64,000 nucleotides of DNA, taken from contig OX597817.1 of assembly GCA_951406725.2 (NCBI GenBank), forward strand, positions 50,902,001 through 50,966,000, given 5' to 3'. The DNA is from Octopus vulgaris. Lineage: Eukaryota. Positions 12,609 to 25,075 of the stretch are shown one piece after another. A program made the translations under genes and the position numbers. The notes under the pieces are model-generated. The model did not search any database. It was given only the letters and a program-made list of their open reading frames with translations, and was not told the DNA's origin. Position 1 is the first letter of the stretch, and each line of letters opens with the position of its first letter.

Positions 12609-12955
12609 TCTCTCTATATATAAAGCTGAAGTTGTCTGTGTATGGCAGGTTTGGTAGCCTTCAGCTAACACTAGCTCCTCCGAGACCCTGCGGCACAAGT
12701 TGACCAAAATTGAGAGTATGATAGACCATGTTAACACTAAAAATTATTTACATCAAAAAGGTGCTTTTTTTCTATGATAATCCCTATTTTTTACGATATT
12801 TTGATTGCTGTGTTGCCATTTTTCGGTGTATTTCAACCAGAAAAATGTTCACTTAAAGAGAATAACAAGCTACATAATGCAAAATTTTTACTTTTCAAAA
12901 ATTCCAATTATAAAGGGTCGAAACAAACCCGAGCAACGCCGGGCGATACTGCTAG
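12609..12955 (+). mobile_element. Non-autonomous Helitron
   Basis: A|TC 5' end, CTAG|T 3' end, GC-rich hairpin CCCGAGC-aac-GCCGGG at 12928-12943 just before the terminus, no TSD. Confidence 0.85.
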
Positions 12956-13292
12956 TATATATTTAAACCTGAAAAGAGAAATGCTTTGTAAATCAGAGAA
13001 GAGTTCTTCATGTATAATCATTCAATAAATTTTTCATGATTCAAACTTTTATCCATATGCCTTCAAGACTTTTGAATAGATATATCTTACTAAAATGCAT
13101 AGACAATAGATTACAGGCGATAAGCATGCTCCCAACGCCTGAGAAAAAAGATCTATCACACAAGTTTGATTTTATCTACCAGAGAAAATCTTATGAACTA
13201 GGAAATACTTCAGTGCCGACCGAGTATCTATCCCTTCTTTATCTAAGACACAGAACAAAAAACATCCCGGCCGATGCACTATGGAATATATA

Positions 13293-13454
13293 GGCGCAGG
13301 AGTGGCTATATGGTAAGTAGCTTGCTTACCAACCACATGGTTCTGGTTTCAGTCCCATTGCGTGGCAACTTGGGCAAGTGTCTTCTACCGTAGCCTCGGG
13401 CCGATCAAAGCCTTGTGAGTGGATTTGGTAGACGGAAACTAAAAGAAGCCCGTC

Positions 13455-13510
<56 letters not shown>

Positions 13511-13735
13511 GAGTGTGTGTATATGTTTTGTGTGTTTATGTTTGCCCCCTCCCCCGCATCGCTTGACAACCGATGCTAGTGTGTTTATGTTGCCCGTAAC
13601 TTAGCGGTTCGGCAAAACAGACCGATAGAATAAGTACTAGGCTTACAAAGAATAAGTTCTGGGTCGATTTCCTCGACTAAAGGCGGTGCTCCAGCATGGC
13701 CACAGTCAAGTGACTGAAACAAGTAAAAGAGTAAA
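13293..13735 (+). mobile_element. SINE family A, full length
   Basis: GGCGCAGGAGTGGCT head through GAAACAAGTAAAAGAG tail, with internal (AT)n. Confidence 0.92.
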
Positions 13736-13998
13736 GTGTATTCATATGTACGTACGTATGCATGCATGCCTGTATATTTAAATTAATAACCTAGGTTTAT
13801 TTTTTATTTCATTTCATTGCTTGTACATGTTCTGCTTATCAAAAATCGTAGGCGTAGTTTTACTTACATATTTGTCTAATGAATATTCATGATTGGTTTC
13901 AAATATCTATGCTCTAACTACTCTGAATATAGTTGTAACTATACACAAAATACTAATTTTTTCATACACACACGCGCGTGCACGCACAGCCGTATGTG

Positions 13999-14065
<67 letters not shown>

Positions 14066-14268
14066 GCGTTCATACATACATAGATGTATGTATGTATGTA
14101 TGTATGTATAGATAGATAGATAGGTAAGTATGTAGGGGGGATAGATAGATACGTACATTCATACATAATACACACATACATAAATGCATGCACACATACA
14201 TACATACATACGTACATACATACATACATACATACATACATACATACATACATACATACATGCATACA

Positions 14269-14470
14269 TCTGCAGTTACTATATCCAGATTACAAGTTCA
14301 AGTTTATAGCTATAATTATTCAGGCCCTGGGATATGTAGCACGCTGGCTAATTAGCAACCTTGAGAAATTAGGCTTCGCAAACCAAGAATGTAGAAAGCC
14401 AATTCGAAGACTACAGATCCAAACCATCACTAGAACTGTAGAAATTTGTAAAACTTTCCAGAAATTTATC

Positions 14471-14526
<56 letters not shown>

Positions 14527-14734
14527 GTAGTAGTAGCAGAAAAGAGGAATTTCGATTATCCCCACGTGGTGAGTTGTAATGTATATAAGAAATTAAAAGA
14601 GGAAAATACGCACACTTACATAGTTTTAATATAATTTTTAATATATAAATTTTATATTTTATATATTTTATCAGTTTCAGCTCATGAGCTGTGGCTATAC
14701 TGGGGCACCGCCATATAAAAAAGATGTTTTTATC

Positions 14735-14787
<53 letters not shown>

Positions 14788-14830
14788 ACTATGTGCATGA
14801 GAATACACACATAAACATACAAATCTGCAC

Positions 14831-14861
<31 letters not shown>

Positions 14862-14975
14862 CATACATACTCTGTTGTTGATGTTGAAATTCCAATGAAG
14901 GAACCTTGGATCTAGGTTCGAAACCTGTTCTTTCTCTATTGGCAAAAGATCGTGAAATAAACTGAATAATGACAT
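14269..14975 (+). mobile_element. R4/Dong-like LINE 3' fragment, interrupted at ~14475-14785
   Basis: Translates LQLLYPDYKFKFIAIIIQALGYV...IRRLQIQTITRTVEICKTF. Homologous to 16040-16365 including the 3' UTR. Confidence 0.7.
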
Positions 14976-15294
14976 ACATATATACATACAGATATTAATC
15001 TTTATATATGAGTAACATTAATGAACTATAAATATATATTCGTCTGATAATAATCTGGTCACCCTATCTGCTCACCCTTTATCAAATTGTGTTGCTTTTT
15101 TTTATTTTCATGTTTATCTTTGTCTATTCTATTTATTCAGCTGATGTTTACATGAAAGCAATTACTGTTGATCAATATATTTGATTACATATTTCCGAAA
15201 CACATACATATATATATGTAAATATAGTCGCATATACGTACTTTTATAACGCAGAAAAGATGTATTCTTAACAGCTTTTAAATGTAAAAATTTA

Positions 15295-15702
15295 AGCAGA
15301 AGTGGCTGTGTGGTAAGTAGCTTGCTTACCAACCACATGCTTCTGGGTTCAGTCCCACTGCGTGGCACCTTGAGCAATTGTCTTCTACTATAGCCTCAGG
15401 CCGACCAAAGCCTTGTGAGTGGATTTGGTAGACGGAAACCGAAAGAAGCCTGTCGTATATATGTATATATATATATGTGTGTGTATATGTCTGTGTCTGT
15501 GTTTGGTCCCCTCCCCCATCATCGCTTGACTACCGATGGTGGTGTGTTTACGTACCCGTAACATAGCGGTTCGGCAAAATAGACCGATAGAATAAGTACT
15601 AGGCTTACAAAGAATAAGTCCTAGGGTCGATTTGCTCGACTAAAAGGCGGTGCTCCAGCATGTCCGTAGTCAATTGACTGAAACAAGTAAAAGAGTAAAA
15701 GC
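15295..15702 (+). mobile_element. SINE family A
   Basis: Homology to other copies. Confidence 0.9.
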
Positions 15703-15719
15703 GTATGATTCCAATTATG

Positions 15720-16367
15720 CACACGTACTGTATTATCTACCGATGACACAGGATGTGGTAGCTAAAGACCTCTTTTCATGAGATCTGTCCGAAGGATAAT
15801 CCCGAGGCCATAAAAATAAGAAACCACAGTATGGATATATTCCATAGCCACTCATAATAAGAAGGGGCAATGGTGGAATGACCGAGTGAAAACTTCAATA
15901 AAAGCAATTTGCCTGACATTGTGATTTGGGATTAAGAAGATAAGCTGTGTACAATTGTGGAAATCAGCTGCCCGACGGATGTTAACATTGAGCTAAAGAT
16001 CAGCGAAAAAGAAAATACTTAGGCTGAACTATTGAGGAATCTATAGTTACTCTACTCAGTTTACAATTTCCGGTTTATACCTGTAATAACTGGGGCACTG
16101 GGACATGTAACACACTATCTAAATACCAATCTTGAGAAATTAAGCTTCTCAAAACCAGAATGGAGAAGGGCAATTCGAAGATTACAGATCCAAGCCATCA
16201 CTGCAACTGTAAAAAATCAGAACATACAAACTGTAAAAAAAGAAAAAAAAAATCTGCATATTTGCATAAATAGAAAAATACCCTGTTAATATTGCTGGAA
16301 TTCCCATGAAGGGCCCTTGGAACCAGATACAAACCGGCTCTTTCACTATTGACGAGAAATATTGAAA
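15720..16367 (+). mobile_element. R4/Dong-like LINE 3' fragment with restriction-like endonuclease (pseudogenised)
   Basis: WWND...NLPDIVIWD*EDKLCTIVEISCP...EKENT*AEL...FIPVITGALG matches the PD-x-D...E...K RLE pattern. In-frame stops present. Confidence 0.8.
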
Positions 16368-16394
16368 CATACATACATACATATATACATACAT

Positions 16395-16440
<46 letters not shown>

Positions 16441-16479
16441 TTATGGATGATGGTAGTCTATCATAGATGTGCAATTTCT

Positions 16480-16712
16480 TACAGAACACCCTGCACAAAT
16501 GAATTGCTTACAGTGATCAAATGTTTATGTTGTATATTAGTTCATTCTTTTCATGATATCGAGGTTGTACCACTCGTCAGGTGTTGGTGTTGAAATGATG
16601 GGAGAGCAATATGAGATGAAGTCTTTTTCGTAAGCAAACAGCGCATCAGCCAGTCCGGAAATTGAAACCACTATCTCACGACCGTGAGTGCACAAGCTGC
16701 CCACTTGGTCAT
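16480..16712 (-). mobile_element. Old degenerate tRNA-SINE
   Basis: Minus-strand B-box-like GGTTTCAATTTCC and similarity to family D/E heads. Confidence 0.45.
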
Positions 16713-16854
16713 AACAGGAAAATAAACCTACGGCAGGTACTGTGACGATCAGTTGCTAGGAGAATATTGACAAACTTTCACATGAAACGCATTTTTCCAT
16801 TTTTTTACCTAGACCCATCTATCAGATTGTTTTACGACTAATTTATTATCGTGT

Positions 16855-16895
<41 letters not shown>

Positions 16896-16904
16896 GACGA
16901 CTAT

Positions 16905-17070
16905 CTCTTATCTTTTATCTCTTACTTGTTTCATTCGTTAGAATGCGGTCATGCTGGAGCACTTCCTTGAAGAATGTTTTAGTCCATGGAATGAACCCCA
17001 GTTCTTATTTTATTTTAAACCCGGTGTTTATTCTATCGATACCTATTTCCGAATAGCTAATTTACGGGGA
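16905..17070 (-). mobile_element. Old SINE-A-related 3' half
   Basis: CTTGTTTCA...GCGGTCATGCTGGAGCAC tail motif. Confidence 0.65.
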
Positions 17071-17072
17071 CA

Positions 17073-17474
17073 GGCGCAGGAGTGGCTGTGTGGTAAGTAG
17101 CTTGCTAACCAACCACATGGTTCCGGGTTCAGTCCCACTGCGTGGCATCTTGGGCAAGTGTCCTCTGCTATAGCCCCGGGCCAACCAATGCCTTGTGAGT
17201 GGATTTGGTAGACGGAAACTGAAAGAAGCGTGTCGTATATATGTATATATATGTATATGTGTATGTGTGTGTGTTTGTCCCCCTAGCATTGCTTGACAAC
17301 CGATGGTGGTGTGTTTACGTCCCCGTAACTTAGCGGTTAGGCAAAAGAGACCGATAGAATAAGTACTGGGCTTACAAAGAATAAGTCCCGGGGTCGATTT
17401 GGTCGACTAAAGGCGGTGCTCCAGCATGGTCGCAGTCAAATGACTGAAACAAGTAAATGAGTAAAAGAGTAAGA

Positions 17475-17475
<1 letters not shown>
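17073..17475 (+). mobile_element. SINE family A, full length
   Basis: Near-consensus copy. Confidence 0.93.
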
Positions 17476-17521
<46 letters not shown>

Positions 17522-17569
17522 GTCTCCCAGCTGTTTCTAGGATATTTATCATATCCCTTCATCGGAGAC
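17522..17569 (-). ncRNA. Decayed hammerhead motif island
   Basis: Minus strand reads GUCU-CCGAUGA-AG-GGAUAU-gauaa-AUAUCC-UA-GAAAC-AGCU-GGG-AGAC. Stems I and II pair, but the core and cleavage triplet are mutated. Confidence 0.55.
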
Positions 17570-18502
17570 GGTGTCAGAATATATATATATATATAGATAG
17601 ATAGATAAAATATTGTAAGACAACAAAAGAATGAAAGAAAACTTAAAAAATATTCGAAGGGTTTCTTTCAGTTTCCGTGTATCAGATCCACGCACAAAAC
17701 TTTCCCAAGGTGTCACGCACTTCTGAGCCCAGAAACATGTGGTTGGGATATAAGCTTCTCACCACACAGCCACGCTTGTGCCTGTATCATGATCATACTT
17801 CTTACTCTGGGAGAGCGTTGTAAATAAATTTTTATTGAAAATGAGTTTTTATCGGCGTCGAATTCAAACTTTCTGCTTCTCTTGTTCTGCAGCTAATAGG
17901 CTCTCTGGGGTTGTCAGTCCTTCTATTTCTACCTTCCGAGAGGATACATTTCCCCGTTTCTCTGCTTTGAACCAAAGTGCTTTACCGTGTGATATCTGTT
18001 CTTCACACGGGCATAAAATAGTCCTTTTTAAATAACGTTCGCCAGATATGATTTACAACCAGCGTTTCCCACGATGAAAATTTAAGATCTCCTCTTTACG
18101 TAGGAAACAATGAAATCTCCTTCTGTGTCCACATTTTCAGTTTTCAGATCCATTTTATTTACATTATGTCTATATAAGTTTATCTCGATGTGTGTTTAGT
18201 ATACGGTCGTAAAATAATAGATGGAATATTGTGCATTATTGCTAATAACTTTATTCCAACAAAACGATGTTTTTCTTCATGTTAATCTGTTTGAATGATA
18301 CTTCAGTTCTCTTTCAGTATAGCGATATGTGTCGGTGAACATTTTCGTGGGTGGATATGAAATATCAATATATATATATATATATATGTGAATGTGTGTT
18401 CGTGTGCGTGCGTGCGTTTGTGTACGTGTGTGTGTATAGATACATACATGCATACTTAGAAGCACACGCACACCACACACATACATACGTACAGAATCTT
18501 GC

Positions 18503-18538
<36 letters not shown>

Positions 18539-19504
18539 TCATACACACGTATGTATATATAAATATGTATACGAGAGATAGATAGAGAGAGAGGGAGATA
18601 AAGTCAGATAGACGGAAAGATAGATTTGCTTGTATGTATATACAATATGACTGTATATATTATGTGTGTATACTTTCTCAACACACATCTACACACACGC
18701 ATGAAAATACCAAGCACATGAGTAGGCCCACATCCAGAGCCAGAGATGGAACGGGATGCGTTTGGATAGTTGGATAGTTTCGACGAAAGTAATTTATAGC
18801 TGTAAGTAACGTTGCCAATTTCGCTCGAAGAATATGATTCTTACAATCTTGATATGTGTTATGTTCCCATTCTTCAGAAATGCTTCCATTAGTACTATGT
18901 CAGAACGACTTCGGCTATCAACATCTCTATCATCACTCACATTTCCACCATTACAAATATCAATAATGCTACAGATTCGCCATCACTACCGCTGCAACAA
19001 TCTCCACGAGAAACAACAATGGCCACGTGCCTTCCACATTTCTTACTCCTACCACCACCGCGATGATTACGATGATTTATATTAGATCTTATGCTGTTCT
19101 TCCTATTTAAGGATTCAACACTTCCTCAAAATGCACAGCGTTCATATAATTGAAAGCCGATATGTGTTGCTAGCGCTTCTGTCATGTTCCAGGCCTGCAG
19201 AAAGATTCGAACAAAAATAACTGTGAGATAGCGAATCATTCATTAATTTACAATGCTGTTACTGCTACGTAAAGCAATGTGCCATACCATTTACAGCCAT
19301 TTAGAACACTGCTGCTTTATCTCAAATCTATTTTTGTTATTCGTGTCAGGCAACACCGCCATGATATCTACTTACTGGACTCGAGAGTTGAAAGCAAGTT
19401 GGGTTATTTTCTCTATTTAGACAATGTGTTAAATATCTCCGCTACTCATATTCTGTTCCATTAATTCTACCATTTGTGGCACACAGTAATATTCATTGAT
19501 AGAT

Positions 19505-19895
19505 ATCGATTTCAAATTTTGGCACAAGATCAGCGACTTCTGAGAACGTGATAAGTCGATTACATCGGCCTCGGGGCTCAACTGTTATTATTTTATTGAC
19601 TTAGAAAAGACGAAAGGCAAAGTCGATCTCGGTAGTATTTGAACTCAAGGTAAAAACGTACGAAATGCCGCTAATCATTTTGCCCGGTTCGCCGCCTTAT
19701 TCGTTGATAAATATTAGTTTCAAATTTTGGCACAACGTCAGTTAAATTTGGAGGAGAATACATCGACCCCAATACTCTACCCCGAAATAATGAAAGGCAA
19801 AGTCGACGGAATTTGAAACCAAAACCCAAAGTCGGACGAAATGCTGCAAAGCATTTTGCCCGGTGCACTAACGATTCTGCCAACACACCGTCTTA
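19505..19895 (-). mobile_element. Two tandem old SINE family C copies
   Basis: Each has TTTCAAATTTTGGCACAA...GAAAGGCAAAGTCGA...TTTGAA...CATTTTGCCCGG. Confidence 0.75.
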
Positions 19896-20394
19896 TTTAT
19901 TGATAAATAGCTACAGGCAAAATGCTTGTGTGGCTTATTCATAGAAGGAAGACTGGAACACGTAAATATAATCACGGTTCTCCGACAGTAATGGCGAGTA
20001 AGATTCATGATGTAATCCAATCTCATGGGTCGCAGCATGTTTATCGAGATGAGTTCAAGGCAGAATATAACAGGATGGCCTCCGCTAAATTTCTTTAAAT
20101 TAAGTGATTCTGTTAAACCTGGCGACTGATTAAGGTCTGTTTCTTAACAACAATTATAATTTCTGGCTACCCAATTTGCCACTCGCTCTATGGACAGACG
20201 AGTCAGTAATAGAATTGTAGAAAAAGAAATAGTTCCTTCAGATCCTCTGCTGTAAGCCCTACCATCTGGGAGATGTGCCACAAAGCTCCATATCAAATTT
20301 AACATGAATTATATAAAGTACTGTGAAATGTGATTTTATGTCGCACGTTCGGATGCCTTCTACTAAACACTACTCTTCTATCTCTCGACCCTCT

Positions 20395-21993
20395 GTTTCT
20401 TTATTAGTCACAAGGGCCCAAACATAGAGGGGAACAACCAAGGACAGACAGGACACCACAGAGGGGACAATACATAGAACGAATATGATGAGATGATTAT
20501 ACAATAATGGGGTTATGAATGACTGCATGCGCCCCTCATCACATGCATTACCATAAATCTTTTTAAACTGTCCGTTTTTATGATGTATTTACATAACAAT
20601 TAATTATCGTATACCATTACAATTATTCGAACCATTTATACGTTCTCTAAAATTGTTCTTCTATTTTCCGATATTATTGGACATAACATAAAACACTTAC
20701 TCTTTCTTTTTCCCTTTTTTCCTCCTTTTCTTTTTTCTTTTCTTTTTTCCTGTCGATTTGACATACTTATTTACTTTTTAGTAATATTTCATTAGTGGTT
20801 CAATTTCTACTAAATCCACTAGTGGTGGCAATTCTTTGAATTCCACTGTTATTCCTGATGGGTCGATGTTATCTCCACACATTTCTTGTAGTCTTTTATA
20901 ACTTTCCTCTTCAATTACTATCGCCTTCATATCCTCTGCATATATGTATGCTGGTATCTTTACTCTTACTATTTGGTTGAACTTGAGTATTTTCTTCTGT
21001 GTTTCAATATTCTTCGGGTAGGTTACGCAATACCATACACCGTTCCCTTTAATTTTCATTCCTTTATTTTGGCTTTTCTGTTCTCTCTTTTCCTCCTACA
21101 CTATAAACAGTCTCTCTAATTCTTCTTCGGCCAGCTGAATTTCCGAAACCTTTTCTACCGAAGCAACTGGTATTTCTACTCGTAGCTCCACTTTCTTTTG
21201 ACTTTCTTCCTCTGTCACCCTTTTGTCTTCATTTCTGCTGACTTCCTTCACGGTTTCTTTTCTCATATTTTCTCTCTTCTTTTTCTGTTTCTCTGGCGGA
21301 GAACCATTCCCTCCGCTCTTCCTTCTCTGTATTTTTTACAACAGTCATATCACCATCTGTTTCCTTTATCTCAACCTGTTCAACCTGGTCCGTGCTCTCT
21401 TGTCTCTTCACCTGCTCTGCTTGTTGCTTTTTCTGGGTGCACCATACCTTCATGTGGCCCTTCTCACCACATTCAAAACATACAGGCGGCCTGCCCTCTA
21501 CCTTCATTCTCAAAGCAAAGCCGTCAGGCAGCACTATCTCTTCCGCAATCCTATTTAAGTTGTCCACTGTTCGTTGGATAGAAAGCTCTATTCCATATCC
21601 CCAGTAGTCGAGCTTGTTGGTTCTTGTGGCCTTTAATATTTTGGCCCCATCTTTCATATTGAACATTATGGCTGTCATGAGCCATGCCTCTTCTAGTTCT
21701 GGGGGTACCTGGCCTACTCGTACTCAGGTTACACGTTTGCCGCAGTATGACGGCAAAAGTATCCACTCCTCTGATCTCTTCTGATGTCTCTAAAGTTTTA
21801 TCTTCAACTCCTTTTCCAGTTGTGACCGCATAACGTTTTCCGCCCGCTGGCGTTTCCTCCGTGTTTCCTCAATTGGAAAATTTAACACAACAAATTAACA
21901 ATATCAAAAACAGAAATAACGAACAATAATTCAACTCTGTACTCTCAAAAAAACATTCCGTCTTGGACAACTTCAAAAACAACACCTGCTACT
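20395..21993 (-). mobile_element. Tx1/L1-type non-LTR element carrying only a disrupted ORF1 (HAL1-like)
   Basis: 5' UTR, ORF1 pieces, ~380-bp 3' UTR ending ...CCCTTGTGACTAATAAAGAAA. No endonuclease or RT seen. Confidence 0.65.
20778..21870 (-). pseudogene. Frameshifted ORF1 (gag-like) with CX2CX4HX4C zinc knuckle
   Basis: CFECGEKGHMKVWC preceded by VEGRPPV. Upstream RVGQVPPELEEAWL RRM-like segment and an E/K-rich linker. Split over ORFs 21229..21678 and 20778..21059. Confidence 0.75.
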
Positions 21994-22010
21994 TTGCTAG
22001 GCGCCTGACG

Positions 22011-22395
22011 TCTAGACTTCTCCCTCTATATCTACGTATTTGGCTAGCCTACTTCATCTTCTGGGGGTGTTCACACAACATGTGTGAAGAAGGATGCTAA
22101 TTAAAAACTCGTAAAATATACACAGAAAAAATAGCGCAAGAGCATTAGGGAAGCAATCGATAAGGGTTAGAAACAACGATTCAAAAGACTGTTTAAGGAA
22201 CTTACGCGGCATAAAACCGATGGTTCGATCAATAGGCTTAGTATGAATATCAATGGTACACATCCACGTAATGCTAAGAGAGGTAACTAAATTAATTTCC
22301 ACATGAATAGAAAGAACAAGTACCAAATTGTGTCGACGCCCCCAGACGATGAAGTAGGCTAGCCCAATACGTAGATATAGAGGGAGAAGTCTAGA
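22011..22395. mobile_element. MITE-like element with 68-bp terminal inverted repeats
   Basis: 22011-22078 vs 22328-22395 match at 63/68. Both ends are TCTAGA. Confidence 0.75.
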
Positions 22396-23634
22396 TGTTG
22401 ATGAATTGAGTTGAGTAGAGGTCATCCGAACGTGCGCCATGACGCAACTGTAAGGCCGAATGGAGTAAAACTAACGCATTATATTTAGAACTACGCATGG
22501 TTCTCCTTCATAGATCAGTTTTATACTCATAGACAAATGGGTCTGCCTTTCTACGCATATATGCTAATATATATATGTGTGTAAGTGTGGGACGGAAGGG
22601 AGGAAAATTTCACATTTATGTTAAGAGAATGCTCCTCTCACCACAAAATTCTGAGTTCGGTTTAATTAAATTCTAAGAAATACGCGCCACGATACTTGTA
22701 ACCTCAATGTTAAACACTTTAATATGCAGTGACCTTCATATTTACTCATTGGAAAAATTTTAAGCTTTTGCCACCCACTTCCAGTTGCCCTCCATATTCA
22801 AACAAGTGAAAACCATCTTCCTTTAGTAGATTCTGTTATCGCTGTCATATCACTACCCTTTACTCTATTTCGATTCATATCCCTTGAAATTATAACAATT
22901 TAAATTCATATTAAATCTGTTTTGCTTATTTTCTTTCGTTGCCATTTCATATAATAACCAATTTTGATTAACTTTATCACATTCTAATTATGTTAAAATT
23001 TTTAAATTTACAAGATTTTATATCTTTTCTTGCAAATAATGAAAAAAAAAAGACATGTATATCGTCTTTAAAATTTCACTACTACTCAGCAATTATACTT
23101 TAGCTTTCGCCCTTCCAACTCAGTTCATTAAACCATCGATTAAATTTAACTGATATATACTTGTACATGTTTTTCTTTAATATCATGAAAACCATACATT
23201 CGAAATAATTTCAGGTATTCACTTCGCTAGCATGATTCGAAAGCAATGTATTTTATTGTGTGTAGATGCAACGTGTGGCTGTGTGTGCTGGCGTGTGTGT
23301 GGGTATTTGTATGCAGAAAAGTGTCAAAACGTGTATATAGAGTGTAATTTATTTTCTAACATTTTTTTTTCTTTTGGTTTATGTGTATATATTCTTATGA
23401 CTTCTAAGAGAGCAGACCGTGTTATATACAAAGGCGCTCAAAGGCTAAATGCATGAATATCACAGTTGCCACCATATTAACAACCAATCAGGAGCCAGCA
23501 ATTCCTTTCAGCATTTTCTGGGATTAATTTTTCTTGAACATGCTCTCTCTCACTCTCTCTCTCTCTCTCTCTGTCAATATCACCTTCTCCCTCTTTCTTT
23601 GTATATATATATATATATATATACATACACACAA

Positions 23635-23792
23635 AGTGGGTGTGTGGTAAGTAGCTTGCTTACCAACCACATGGTTCCGGATTCAGTCCCACAGCGTGAC
23701 ACCTTGGGCAAGTGTCTTCTACTATAGCCTCAGGCCGACCAAAGCCTTGTGAGTGGATTTGGTTAACGGAAACTGAAAGATGTGTAAATATT

Positions 23793-23844
<52 letters not shown>

Positions 23845-23970
23845 TGTGTTTGTGTGTATGTGTTTGTCCCCCAACATCGCTTGACAACCAATGCTGGTGT
23901 GTTTGCCTCCCCGTAACTTAGCGGTTCGCCAAAAGAGTCCGATAGAATAAGTACTGAGGTTACAAAGAAT
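23635..23970 (+). mobile_element. SINE family A, 3'-truncated
   Basis: Homology to other copies, internal (GT)n. Confidence 0.85.
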
Positions 23971-24576
23971 ATGTATGTATGTGTTTATATGTGCATGTAC
24001 CTTTTGTACTGATATCTGAAGCATGAAACTCGGAAATGTTAAGAGTTAAAACTGTCCGGACAAAACACTGCAACACATGTTGATTTCAATATATATATAT
24101 ATATGTCTCTGTATGTGTGTGTACATAAATTTATAAATAACGATAGTAATATATAACGATAAAAATTATTTTTCCGATTGGGAATTCTTATTTAACAACT
24201 CTTTATTTGCAGTTTAAGAAACAAGAATAGCTAACTTATATTTTACAATACGTAATAAATCACATTTCTGCATTAGTATATACACAATCTTTAAATTATA
24301 TTCGTTAATGCCGACATATAAGTAATTTGTCAGTTATTGTAAAATACAATATTATTATTTATTCCTCTTTGTTAAGCTGCGAAATAAGAATTTCCAATGG
24401 TAAAATAAATTTTATCGTAGTATATTTCTCTCGTTTTTTATAATTTTACACACTCCTTATGTATTGCGTTATGTATTCTATGTGTTTTGTAGAATGATAC
24501 GTTAGGGAGCTTTATTTATGAGTAGCATGTGATTAATTGAATCTATATATTGTAAATTAAATATATATATATATAC

Positions 24577-24659
<83 letters not shown>

Positions 24660-24661
<2 letters not shown>

Positions 24662-25075
24662 CGCAGGAGTGGCTGTGTGGTAAGTAGCTTGCTAACCAAC
24701 CACATGGTTTCGGGTTCAGTCCCACTGCGTGGCATCTTGGGCAAGTGTCTTCTGCTATAGCCCCGGGCCGACCAATGCCTTGTGAGTGGATTTGGTAGAC
24801 GGAAACTGAAAGAAGCCTGTCGTATATATGTATATATATATATATATGTATGTGTGTGTTTGTGTGTCTGTGTTTGTCCCGCTAGCATTGCTTGACAACC
24901 GATGCTGGTGTGTTTACGTCCCCGTCACTTAGCGGTTCATCGGCAAAAGAGACCGATAGAATATGTACTGGGCTTACAAAAGAATAAGTCCCGGGGTCGA
25001 GTTGCTCGACTAAAGGCGGTGCTCCAGCATGGCCGCAGTCAAATGACTGAAACAAGTAAAAGAGTAAAAGAGAGT
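24660..25075 (+). mobile_element. SINE family A, full length
   Basis: Near-consensus copy. Confidence 0.93.

Noticed and set aside
14890-14932. CCAATGA-AGGAACC...GGTTC-GAAAC hammerhead-like motif in the R4 3' UTR
   Set aside because: Lacks CUGA, has no stem I, and is not retained in the second copy at ~16300.
17062-17289. Recurrent peptide '[12 protein letters not shown]...[21 protein letters not shown]' in many ORFs
   Set aside because: Antisense translation of SINE-A, not a gene family.
17860-18155. Possible host exon on the minus strand (WTQKEISLF...EEQISHGKALW)
   Set aside because: Stops and frameshifts, and no clear splice sites. It may be a decayed R4-type N-terminus, but the signal is too weak to call.
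22340-22376. CGATGAAG...AATACGTA in the MITE TIR as a possible hammerhead
   Set aside because: Both core boxes deviate and the stems are not convincing.
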